In this document: piece after piece, positions 15,436 through 24,100 of the stretch
How positions within the stretch are numbered: position 1 is the stretch's first letter
How the letters are laid out: every line of letters begins with the position of its first letter
Virus record (IMG/VR): IMGVR_UViG_3300032269_000030
Location: 1 to 24,329 of that record
Direction: 5' to 3' (one strand)
DNA: 24,329 nucleotides
Origin: a virus
Lineage: Duplodnaviria > Caudoviricetes
Position numbers and translations under genes: made by a program
Notes under the pieces: generated by a model
What the model was told of the DNA's origin: nothing
Seen by the model: the letters and a program-made list of their open reading frames with translations, nothing else
The model's database searches: none

Positions 15436-18400
15436 ATGGCATTCGTTGACGTAGCTCTACTGGTAGGAACAACAGTTGGTTTAGAAGGCACCGCTGCTGT
15501 TGTTGGCGGTGGCGCACTTATTGGTGCTGGAGTAGGCGGTGGTTATAGCGCTATTACTGGCGATGGCAATATATTAAACAGTATGTTAACTGGTGCTGCT
15601 ATTGGTGGCGGTGGCGCATATGGCATTGGTTCTATGGGTGCTGGTAGTGCCGCTACTCAAGCAGCTATGGCTGGACCATTCTTTGGTGCTCCTGCTACTG
15701 CTCCTGTTGCTGCTGGTGTTGGTGGCGGTGGCGGTGGTGGAGCTGGTTTATCTGCAACATCTGGAGCTGGTGGTTCTATGGGCGCTAATTCCGCATTGCA
15801 ATTAGCACCTTCTGCTGTAGGCGCTCCTGTTGCTACTGGAATTGGCGGATTAACTGCGTCCTCTCTTCCAAGCGTAGCAGGAACTTTAGGTACTACTGGA
15901 GCTGGTACTACTGCTGGCTTAAGTGGAGCAAAAATGCTTGGTTATGGTTTAGCTGGAACAACAGCTTTACAGTTATTGGGTTCAAAAAACCGTTCACCCG
16001 CTGGTGGTGGTTATAAAGAAGACGAATATGATAAACGTTTAAAAGGTTACAAAATAAGCTCTGACTATCAGCCTTCTAGAGCGTCACAACCTAGCCCATA
16101 CTACAGACCTACTTACGCAGCGGTAGGTGGCATTATGAATTCTAATGTTCCTCATTCATTTGATGATGAAACTGGTTCGGACAATGTTGGTATGGCTGCA
16201 GGTGGTTTTAACATGGCTAATGGAGGCATGACCAGCTTAGGCGGCTATTCTGATGGTGGCAGAATGTTAAAAGGTCCTGGCGATGGGATGTCTGACTCCA
16301 TTCCTGGTGTTATTGGTGGTAAACAACCTGCTCGGTTAGCCGATGGGGAGTTTGTAGTTCCTGCTGATGTAGTGTCGCATTTAGGCAACGGATCTACCGA
16401 TGCTGGTGCAAAACGTTTGTATAGCATGATGGACAATATTCGCCAAGCTCGCACTGGTAAAAAAAAGCAAGCCCCAGAAATTAATGTTGATAAGTATTTG
16501 CCTGTTAAAAAAGCATCTGGCGGTATAGCTGGGTATTCTAAAGGTGGAGATGCTACTTCAGATGATGAAGAAAAAATGCGCAAAAATATAATGAAAAATT
16601 TAAAACATTCTTCTACAGAAGATTTGCGTATGGCTATGGATTCTATGGACGATCAAAAATTTTTGATGAAGAATATGCCTAATTATGCCGCCTCTATGTC
16701 TCCTCCTTTACAGGGCATGATTGAAGGCTCTCAGTACGGTGACAGAATGTCTAAATCTTATGGTGGTCAGCCTAGAGATTTTAATGTTACACCAACTACT
16801 TTTGATCCAACAACAGGATCATATGGTGGTATAGCCTCTATTGGTAGTCAAATTGATCCTAAAACTAGAATCAACGCTATGGCTAATCTATACCGTAGCC
16901 CATACGATAAAAATGCAACTGATGCCGTGCGTAGAATAGGCGGGGGAGTAAGCCGTCAACTTGATAAAGATTCTAATTTATCTGCTTATTATGAGCAAGA
17001 CCCTATGGGTCGCAGTAAATCTGGCGGTGTTCGCTACACACAAAATTTTGCAATGGGTGGTGGTGTTAATGGTGGCACGGTTGGATATGCTGACGGTGGC
17101 ACTATTGATCCTGTAATTGCTCAAATATATCAAGAACAATTGGGTCGTGCACCAGACGCTGGAGGCGCTGCTTTTTATTCTAATGCCTTAGCTAATGGCA
17201 CTAGCCTAGCAGATATAAAAAATTCTATTGCTCAATCCCTAGAAGGTCAGCAAATGGACGTTCAATCAGCTGCTTCTGCGTATAGACAAGCATTGGGTAG
17301 AAACCCAGAGCCAGCAGGTCTTCAGTATTGGATGTCTGTAGCACAAGACCAAGGACTGAACAATCAACAGTTGATAGACAGTATTAAAGCAGCAGCAGCA
17401 CCAGAACAAACTACACGGGGTATTACTCAACCTTTTACTAATATGCAATTAAATTCATTAGAGTCTGATCCTTATGCTGGTTACTATTCCAACCAAAGCA
17501 TTTACGATATAGCTCCTGATGCACAAAATGTGTCAATGATAGGTGGTAGAAAAGCTCAATTCACAACTCCTGTAACGCAACAAGCAGTTGTAAGTAACTT
17601 TATAAATGGCGTTTACACCGCTAATTCTGGAAAAGATGCTTATGCAACCACTCCAGGAAAAGACATATTAAATATGCCGCACATACAGGCAGCTATTAAT
17701 ACTGCTCGTGATAATGGGACGCTTACTGCATCAGAATTTAACAATTTAACATCTAGTTTAAAGACTGCAAAGACCCCAGCAGAAATAAGAGCAGCACTTG
17801 CAAATCCAAAAGGACAAGTTGTTATTGATGCTATTTATGGTCAACAGATAGGCGAAGCCAAAACTTTAGCAGATGCACAAGCAGAAGCAGTGGGGCGCCA
17901 AAAAGTATTGTCAGCACAAGATCCTGGTTATTACCAAAGCAATAGAGTTCTAACCGATGCGTATCAAAAAGCAGGTTTAACAGTGCCGTTTAATTATGAT
18001 AATTATAATGGTGTTGATACTCGTGACCGCACATCAAATTTGTTAACTCCAGAAAATTTAATTCAAAAACGTACTGACTTAGTAAATACCCTAAATAGGG
18101 ATAACCCATACAGGGTAGCGTATACGCCAACTACTCGTGGTATTGCTAACATGCCACCTTCTGTGCAGGACCCTTATTCAGATGAAGGTTTACAGTTTTT
18201 GTACAAAAATATGATGGACCAATATGGACCACCACCAGCTAATTTTGTTAACCCAGCTAATTTTGTATCTGAGCCGTATAGATATATACCACCACCACAA
18301 AATAATTTAACTTTAAAATCTTCAATTCCTGATGCTTCAAAACCTGCAACCCCCGTTGTTGAGGCGGCTCCTGTCGCTCCTGATTCGTATTCTCCTTCTG

Positions 18401-18459
18401 GTGATCGGGCTGGTGGCTTAATGTCTATAAACCGTAAAAAACACAAAAGAGGGAAGTAA
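15436..18459 (+). CDS. Internal virion/ejection protein 1, modular (Gly/Ala hydrophobic N-terminus, SDSIP domain, beta-rich segment, DUF4214-like repeats)
   Basis: AGGAAGGA RBS. 1007 aa. Gly-zipper-like N-terminal region, GPGDGMSDSIP...LADGEFVVPADVV, LGRAPDAGG..FY and LGRNPEPAGLQYW repeats, and multiple xAxGG motifs. Confidence 0.85.
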   Translation: MAFVDVALLVGTTVGLEGTAAVVGGGALIGAGVGGGYSAITGDGNILNSMLTGAAIGGGGAYGIGSMGAGSAATQAAMAGPFFGAPATAPVAAGVGGGGGGGAGLSATSGAGGSMGANSALQLAPSAVGAPVATGIGGLTASSLPSVAGTLGTTGAGTTAGLSGAKMLGYGLAGTTALQLLGSKNRSPAGGGYKEDEYDKRLKGYKISSDYQPSRASQPSPYYRPTYAAVGGIMNSNVPHSFDDETGSDNVGMAAGGFNMANGGMTSLGGYSDGGRMLKGPGDGMSDSIPGVIGGKQPARLADGEFVVPADVVSHLGNGSTDAGAKRLYSMMDNIRQARTGKKKQAPEINVDKYLPVKKASGGIAGYSKGGDATSDDEEKMRKNIMKNLKHSSTEDLRMAMDSMDDQKFLMKNMPNYAASMSPPLQGMIEGSQYGDRMSKSYGGQPRDFNVTPTTFDPTTGSYGGIASIGSQIDPKTRINAMANLYRSPYDKNATDAVRRIGGGVSRQLDKDSNLSAYYEQDPMGRSKSGGVRYTQNFAMGGGVNGGTVGYADGGTIDPVIAQIYQEQLGRAPDAGGAAFYSNALANGTSLADIKNSIAQSLEGQQMDVQSAASAYRQALGRNPEPAGLQYWMSVAQDQGLNNQQLIDSIKAAAAPEQTTRGITQPFTNMQLNSLESDPYAGYYSNQSIYDIAPDAQNVSMIGGRKAQFTTPVTQQAVVSNFINGVYTANSGKDAYATTPGKDILNMPHIQAAINTARDNGTLTASEFNNLTSSLKTAKTPAEIRAALANPKGQVVIDAIYGQQIGEAKTLADAQAEAVGRQKVLSAQDPGYYQSNRVLTDAYQKAGLTVPFNYDNYNGVDTRDRTSNLLTPENLIQKRTDLVNTLNRDNPYRVAYTPTTRGIANMPPSVQDPYSDEGLQFLYKNMMDQYGPPPANFVNPANFVSEPYRYIPPPQNNLTLKSSIPDASKPATPVVEAAPVAPDSYSPSGDRAGGLMSINRKKHKRGK

Positions 18460-18468
18460 TAATATTAA

Positions 18469-18882
18469 ATGATTGAGGTTTCTTTAGTTCCAACGCAGTT
18501 TATTGATACCTGCTGGGCAAAAATAGAGCCTTTTATGGAAAGAGCAGCAAAGTATACTTATGGTAGGTATACAAGTGACGATATTTATGATTCAGTAGTA
18601 GAACATGATTACCAATTATGGGTTGCTTTTGATGCAACGGGTATAAAAGGTGCAGTAGTAACTAACATAGTTAGCTACCCTAAGCGTAAAGTCTTATGTA
18701 TGGCGTTTTGTGGTGGGCATGATTTAAAAAAATGGAAAACACCCATGTTAAGTTTGTTGCAAAAATTTGCAAAAGACATGGGGTGTGATGGAATTGAGGC
18801 TACAGCCAGAGCTGGCTGGGCTAAGATATTTAGTACTGATGGGTATAAACAACATTGGGTAACTTTTGAGTTGCCAGTATAA
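18469..18882 (+). CDS. GNAT-fold virion assembly protein (positional analogue of P22 gp14 / T7 gp13)
   Basis: QLWVAF...GAVVT.I..YP..KVL...FCGG..L..W...L.KFAK..GC..IE...R.GW pattern. Directly precedes an ejection protein gene. Confidence 0.7.
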   Translation: MIEVSLVPTQFIDTCWAKIEPFMERAAKYTYGRYTSDDIYDSVVEHDYQLWVAFDATGIKGAVVTNIVSYPKRKVLCMAFCGGHDLKKWKTPMLSLLQKFAKDMGCDGIEATARAGWAKIFSTDGYKQHWVTFELPV

Positions 18883-18891
18883 GGAGCAGAT

Positions 18892-21117
18892 ATGGGTAAA
18901 GGCGGCGGATCTCCTGGTCCACAACAAAACACTACGGTAACCTCAAATATCCCTGAGTATGCGAAGCCGTATGTAACAAACATGTTTGAGGCAACTCAAC
19001 AGCAGTTGTTCAATGGTAAAAAAACTCCAGAGGGTGGATATGACCTTACTGGTCTTACGCCATATACACCATATAGCGGGAATGTTAACGATTACTTTGC
19101 TGGATTTTCCCCACTTCAGCAACAGGCTCAGTTTGATGCTGGTGCAATGCAGCAACCAGGTCAGTTTGCTTTAGGCAGTGGATTAACAGGCGCAGCTGGC
19201 CTGAGATCGCTTCAGGCTGGAAATCAATACACGCAAAATGTAACAAATAAACAAAGAGTGGATAGTGCTGGTAAGCCAATGCTAGATGCAACTGGTAATC
19301 CCGTATTTGATGCATCAAATACAACGCAGTCTTATATGTCGCCTTATCAGCAAAATGTAACTGATTTTGCTAAAGCCTCGGCAATTCGTGAAGCACAGAT
19401 GGCACAACAAGCTCAAAACTTAGGGGCAGCTCGTCAAGGTACTTATGGTGGTGCTAGACAGCTTCTTGCCAATACTGAACGGGAACGCAACTTATTAACC
19501 AATCTATCTAATATCCAAACCCAAGGCTCACAATCAGCTTACGACAAAGCCATGCAGTCACAGCAATATGGTGCTAATTTAGGTATGCAGGGTCTTGGGC
19601 AAGCTATGGGCGCAGGAGCGCAATTAGGTCAACTAGGTGCTACCCAACAAGCAAATGATATTGCCCGTCAAAATCAAATGTCAGCAATGGGCGGACAACA
19701 ACAAAATCTTGAGCAAAACAAAATTAATCAAGCCATTCAAGACTACGCTACACAGCAACAGTATCCACAAATGCAATTGGGCTTTATGTCTAACATGTTG
19801 CGTGGTCTGCCTTTGCAATCAGCAACAACTCAATCGTATCAAGCTCAACCAAGTGCCTTATCCCAAATAGGTGGTTTGGGTATGACTGGCTTAGGAATTT
19901 ATGGTATGTCTGGTGGATTTAAACCAGGAGCCAAAGAGGGTGGTTTAATGGCTGCCAAAGCATACAAAGAAGGCGGTTTAACGTATGCAGAAGGTGGTGA
20001 TATCTCTACGATGTCAGATGAACAATTAACAGAAATGTTAAAAAACCCATCCATTGATCCTATGTTGGCAATGGAGATTGAAAAAATACTTAGGTTGCAC
20101 CAAAGAATGGCTATGAACCCTGAGACAGAACAGATTATGGCTCCAGCCCTAGGACGTTCAGGTATTGCTTCTATTGGTACTGGTGATATGGTTCCAGAAC
20201 AGATGCCAGCTGGTGCAGGTGGTGGTATTGTTGCTTTTGCTACTGGAAACGTAGTTAATCTTAAAGATCCAAGATTATCTGATGACACTGCAGAACGCAG
20301 AAAAATGCTGCAAGACAGAGAAAGCGCAATGTTTAAGCGTTTGTTTGAAGACCAAGATCCATTTAAAGAATCTAAAAAGTCAGAAGAAGAAATTCGTAGT
20401 TCGTTAGCGGAAAGCACTCGTGTAAATCCATATGCAGCTTTGACTAATACTGGACTTGCAATGATGAGGGGAAGCAGCGATCCATTTAAACGTGGAAATT
20501 TCCTTTCTGAATTAGGCGAAGCTGGTGAAGTTGGACTCGGAACTTACGCAAAAGGTAAAGCAAATGAAACAGACTTGAAGAAAGCGTTATTAGGTCAAGT
20601 TGAAAAGAGAGAAGCCTCTAAGTTTGGCAGAGATGTTGCACTGCAAAATGCTTTGACTACTTCATTAGGTCAAATGGATGCTAAAGAACTTGGGATGCTA
20701 AATGCTCGGATTAATGCAGGAGCAACAGCAGCCAGCAAAGAGTCTAACTTGTACTTGAAATCTATTAGCTTGTACAAAGACACTTTAGATGACGTTAAAA
20801 CTAGTATGATTAAGAAAGATAAGTTTAGTCGTATGTACCGTGATGATCCATCGGCATTTAATAAAGCTGCTGAACAAGAAGCTAAAGCTATTCTTGGTCC
20901 AAAATTTTTGGAATCTATTGGTAAAACATCAGCTTTGACACCCGATGTTAATCCTGCGGCTGGAGGTAAAACCCCAGTAAATGCTCCAAAATCTTATTCA
21001 GTACCTACCGCAGCAGCAATTAATGCGTTAAAATCTAGAACAGATAAAGAAGTAGCAGCGCAACAGTTTGATCAAATATTTGGACCAGGTGCAGCAAGTA
21101 AGATATTAGGTAAGTAA
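18892..21117 (+). CDS. Internal virion/ejection protein 2
   Basis: AAGGAG RBS. MGKGGG start, IPEYAKPY, Q/A/G-rich region (YMSPYQQNV, GTYGGARQ), hydrophobic LSQIGGLGMTGLGIYG, an xxEGG cluster and a helical C-terminal half. Confidence 0.85.
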   Translation: MGKGGGSPGPQQNTTVTSNIPEYAKPYVTNMFEATQQQLFNGKKTPEGGYDLTGLTPYTPYSGNVNDYFAGFSPLQQQAQFDAGAMQQPGQFALGSGLTGAAGLRSLQAGNQYTQNVTNKQRVDSAGKPMLDATGNPVFDASNTTQSYMSPYQQNVTDFAKASAIREAQMAQQAQNLGAARQGTYGGARQLLANTERERNLLTNLSNIQTQGSQSAYDKAMQSQQYGANLGMQGLGQAMGAGAQLGQLGATQQANDIARQNQMSAMGGQQQNLEQNKINQAIQDYATQQQYPQMQLGFMSNMLRGLPLQSATTQSYQAQPSALSQIGGLGMTGLGIYGMSGGFKPGAKEGGLMAAKAYKEGGLTYAEGGDISTMSDEQLTEMLKNPSIDPMLAMEIEKILRLHQRMAMNPETEQIMAPALGRSGIASIGTGDMVPEQMPAGAGGGIVAFATGNVVNLKDPRLSDDTAERRKMLQDRESAMFKRLFEDQDPFKESKKSEEEIRSSLAESTRVNPYAALTNTGLAMMRGSSDPFKRGNFLSELGEAGEVGLGTYAKGKANETDLKKALLGQVEKREASKFGRDVALQNALTTSLGQMDAKELGMLNARINAGATAASKESNLYLKSISLYKDTLDDVKTSMIKKDKFSRMYRDDPSAFNKAAEQEAKAILGPKFLESIGKTSALTPDVNPAAGGKTPVNAPKSYSVPTAAAINALKSRTDKEVAAQQFDQIFGPGAASKILGK

Positions 21118-21143
21118 CTGCACACAATTTAAAGGATTGCTTT

Positions 21144-24100
21144 ATGGCAACTAAGCCAGAGGATATAAACCCGTTTGCCCAATATGTGGAGCAACCGAAG
21201 GAAGAACCCGCCAAAAAAGCAACCCCTGAAGTTAATCCTTTTGCAAAATACCAAGAATATGGCGTAGGAACTGGTTTAGCTGATATCCTAAAAGGTCCAT
21301 ATGCTGGAGTAGTTTCTACTGTAGGTGGTATGCCTCTTGGTGCAGAGGCTATGGTCAAAAATGTTCCACGCCAAGTGTTGGAACAACAAGGCATTGATGT
21401 GCCTGAAAAAGTGGGTCCAATAACCTTTGCTGAAGAGCTGGTCAAAAAAGGTCCAGCCCAGCTTTTTACAAATACAGCAAAAGCGTTTATTAAAAACGCT
21501 ACTGGCGAGTCTTTTGAAAAACAACAAGAACGCCAAAAAGACAATGAAATAGCTTTAGATCGTGTAATTTCTAAAATACCAAGTATTCTAGGAGTAGAAG
21601 CTGCATCTGAATGGGGTCAGAAAAAATCAGATGCTATTAGAGAAAGCAGATCAGATGTTGGAAAAGCTCGTATTGCTGACTCTCAAGCAACTGGAGACAT
21701 GCTTAAAGCTGCAAAAAATCTTAGTTTAGAAGAGATTAGCATAGGTAAAGACCCATCAGTTATGGGTTATCTACTACAAGGTAGCGAAGTATTAGGCTCA
21801 ATGATGCCTACTATAGCCACTGCACTTTTAACTAAAAAATCCCCTTCTTTACAAACTAAAGCAACAGCAGGTGTTGGTGCCAGCATGGGTGCTGGAGAAG
21901 CGGTTCAAGATACCCGTCAGATGGTTGGAAAGATGTCTGACTTAGAGTTGGCACAATCAAGCCCTTATTTTGCAGAAATGCTTAAAAAAGGCGTTCCAAT
22001 AGAAGAAGCAAGAAAAGTAGTTACCGATAAAGCAGCTGAATATGCAGCTCAACTCCAAGGTTCTGTATCGGCATTTGGTAGCGTAATTACTGGAAAATTA
22101 ATGACTGGTCAGTTTGATAAGCTGATGACTGGACCAGTTAAAAACCGTTTAGGTCGTATTGCTATTGGCGGTACTGGTGGCGCATTAGAAGAAGGCACAC
22201 AAGAGTTCTTAGAAGGTATAGCTAAAAATCTTGGTATTAACAAAACAATTGTTACTGAAATTGGCGCAGATTCTTTTGCCAACTTTGTACTAGGTGCTAT
22301 AGGCGGAGCTGGTCCAGGTGCATACCGTGGATTTGTAGCTAAGACAGCAGAAGAATCAAAAAATGCCCCCAAACCCACTCCTGATGAGCTATTTGCAGAT
22401 CTCACTGGAACACCTGTTCCACCTACTGCACCTCCAGCTGCCCCAGTTGCAGGTATTCCACCTGTTGTTCCACCTACCCCACCAGCTGCTCCAGAGGTTG
22501 AACTAGAACCACAGGTTCCATCAAGCGTGTTGGCTCCAGTAGCTGCCATGGTATCTACAGTAGGCTTAGACCCAGAAACTGCCCAAAGGGTAGAGGTTCT
22601 TAAAGCCGAACTGAAAATGATTGACAGTAGGAGAACAGACCCTAATAACGTTCCTAATGAGTACGATCTACAGTTTTTTGATGAAAGAGAAGCCGAGATT
22701 GCCAAGGAAATTACTGATCTAGTAAGTCCTAAAACTCCAGAAGCTCCAGCTGCACCCATAGAAACCACTGGTGGTCCATCAGGCGTTGATTTAAAAGCCC
22801 GTGTTGAAATGCGTCTTGATCAGTTAGCAGCTGATGCAGAGCAAACAGGTCAAATGGATATTCTTGAATTGAATAAGTTGGCTCGTGATTTAGAAGTTGA
22901 GCCATCAGAAGATCCAATAAAAACAATGGGTTCAATTTTGGATGTTCTCAATCCAAGAGAAGAGCCTGCAGCTCCATCAGCAGAAGAAATAATTACTGAG
23001 CCAGAGGCTGTTGTTACAACTGGAGGCGCAGCACTAACAGCGCCTACCGAAGAAAAAACAACTGTAGTCCCAGAAGAAACAGTTGCAGAAACCCCAGTAG
23101 CTCCGAAAGACGTTATTCCAGAAATTACTTCTGGACAATCATACGAACAAAGAGCATCAGATGATTACAACAAAGTTGTTAATGAATCTTATGATGGCAA
23201 AAAGAATGAAACAGATGTATTAGCTAATCAATCATTAGATCGCTACATTCCATTTGATAAATTAGTAAATATTGTTAATCAAGCAGAAGATGTATTGTTA
23301 GCACCAGAACAATTGAAAATGCGTTTTGGCGTTCAAAAAGCTGCTGATGCGGAAAAAGTTATTGCAGAAGTAAGAAAACTTCGTAACCAAGCTCGTCAGG
23401 AAGAACAAAAAGCTGCTGCAGAAGCTGAGAAAAAAGCCAAGGAAGAAGCGCCTAAAGAAGAAGAGAAGCCTACTGGTGGACCAGCTATTACTGGCGGACC
23501 ATCTACACCTAAAAAAGTAGCACCAACGGAAGAAGAGAAACAAGCTAAAGAAGAAGAAAAAAAGGCTAGAGAAGAAGAAAAGAAAGCCAAAGAAGAAGAA
23601 AAAGCTCAAAAAGAAGAACAAAAAAAGAAGATAGCTGAATTAAACACAAACCCAATGAAGATTGCCATGGAAACTGGCAATGCTGATGCGGTTGCAGAAC
23701 TCTTATATGGTAAAGCTGTTGATGAAAGTTTATTTCCAGTTATCTTCCCAGAAGAGATGCTATTGCGTATTCCAGTTGAAACAAATCTGGTAAGTCAAAT
23801 AGAAGAACAGTTAACTAAAAACAAATTCCGTATTACTGACAGAGCAGTTCCAGCAACAACAGACAGTGCAGCCTATGTAGGTCCTGAAAGAATTACCATA
23901 TCTGCGTTATACAACCCAGAAAAAGTAAGCATACAGGGTGGTGGTGCAGAATTCTTTAACAACCGTAAAGGACAGATTACTGCTGCTCCATTACCAAAAG
24001 ATGCCACAGACAAGCAAAAAGATGCGTTAGTAACTGAACTGTTAGATTTAGCAAGCCCTAAAAAATTATTAGACATCCAATCTAATCCAAATAATACATT

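Noticed and set aside
18235-18266. Short tandem duplication CCAGCTAATTTTGT (PANFV twice)
   Set aside because: A single in-frame 18-nt-period duplication in a low-complexity tail, most likely slippage with no evident function.
15436-18459. Calling the 1007-aa protein a tape measure protein
   Set aside because: Only the short SDSIP/GEFV domain is shared. There is no long helical repeat body and no tail tube or chaperone genes, and the context is nozzle plus ejection genes.
2225-19870. Alternative-frame + strand ORFs (2225-2431, 10598-10783, 14174-14455, 15593-15805, 18986-19174, 19637-19870)
   Set aside because: They are nested in better-supported genes and mostly lack a plausible start context. 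The hydrophobic look of 15593-15805 comes from reading GGT/GCT repeats out of frame.
814-24076. All minus-strand ORFs in the track (e.g. 814-1335, 1978-2409, 5827-6231, 19899-20417, 21035-21544, 22109-22768, 23298-23621)
   Set aside because: Each lies antisense to well-supported + strand genes and reads as a codon-bias shadow (F/S/L-rich or T/P-rich). None has a recognisable motif.
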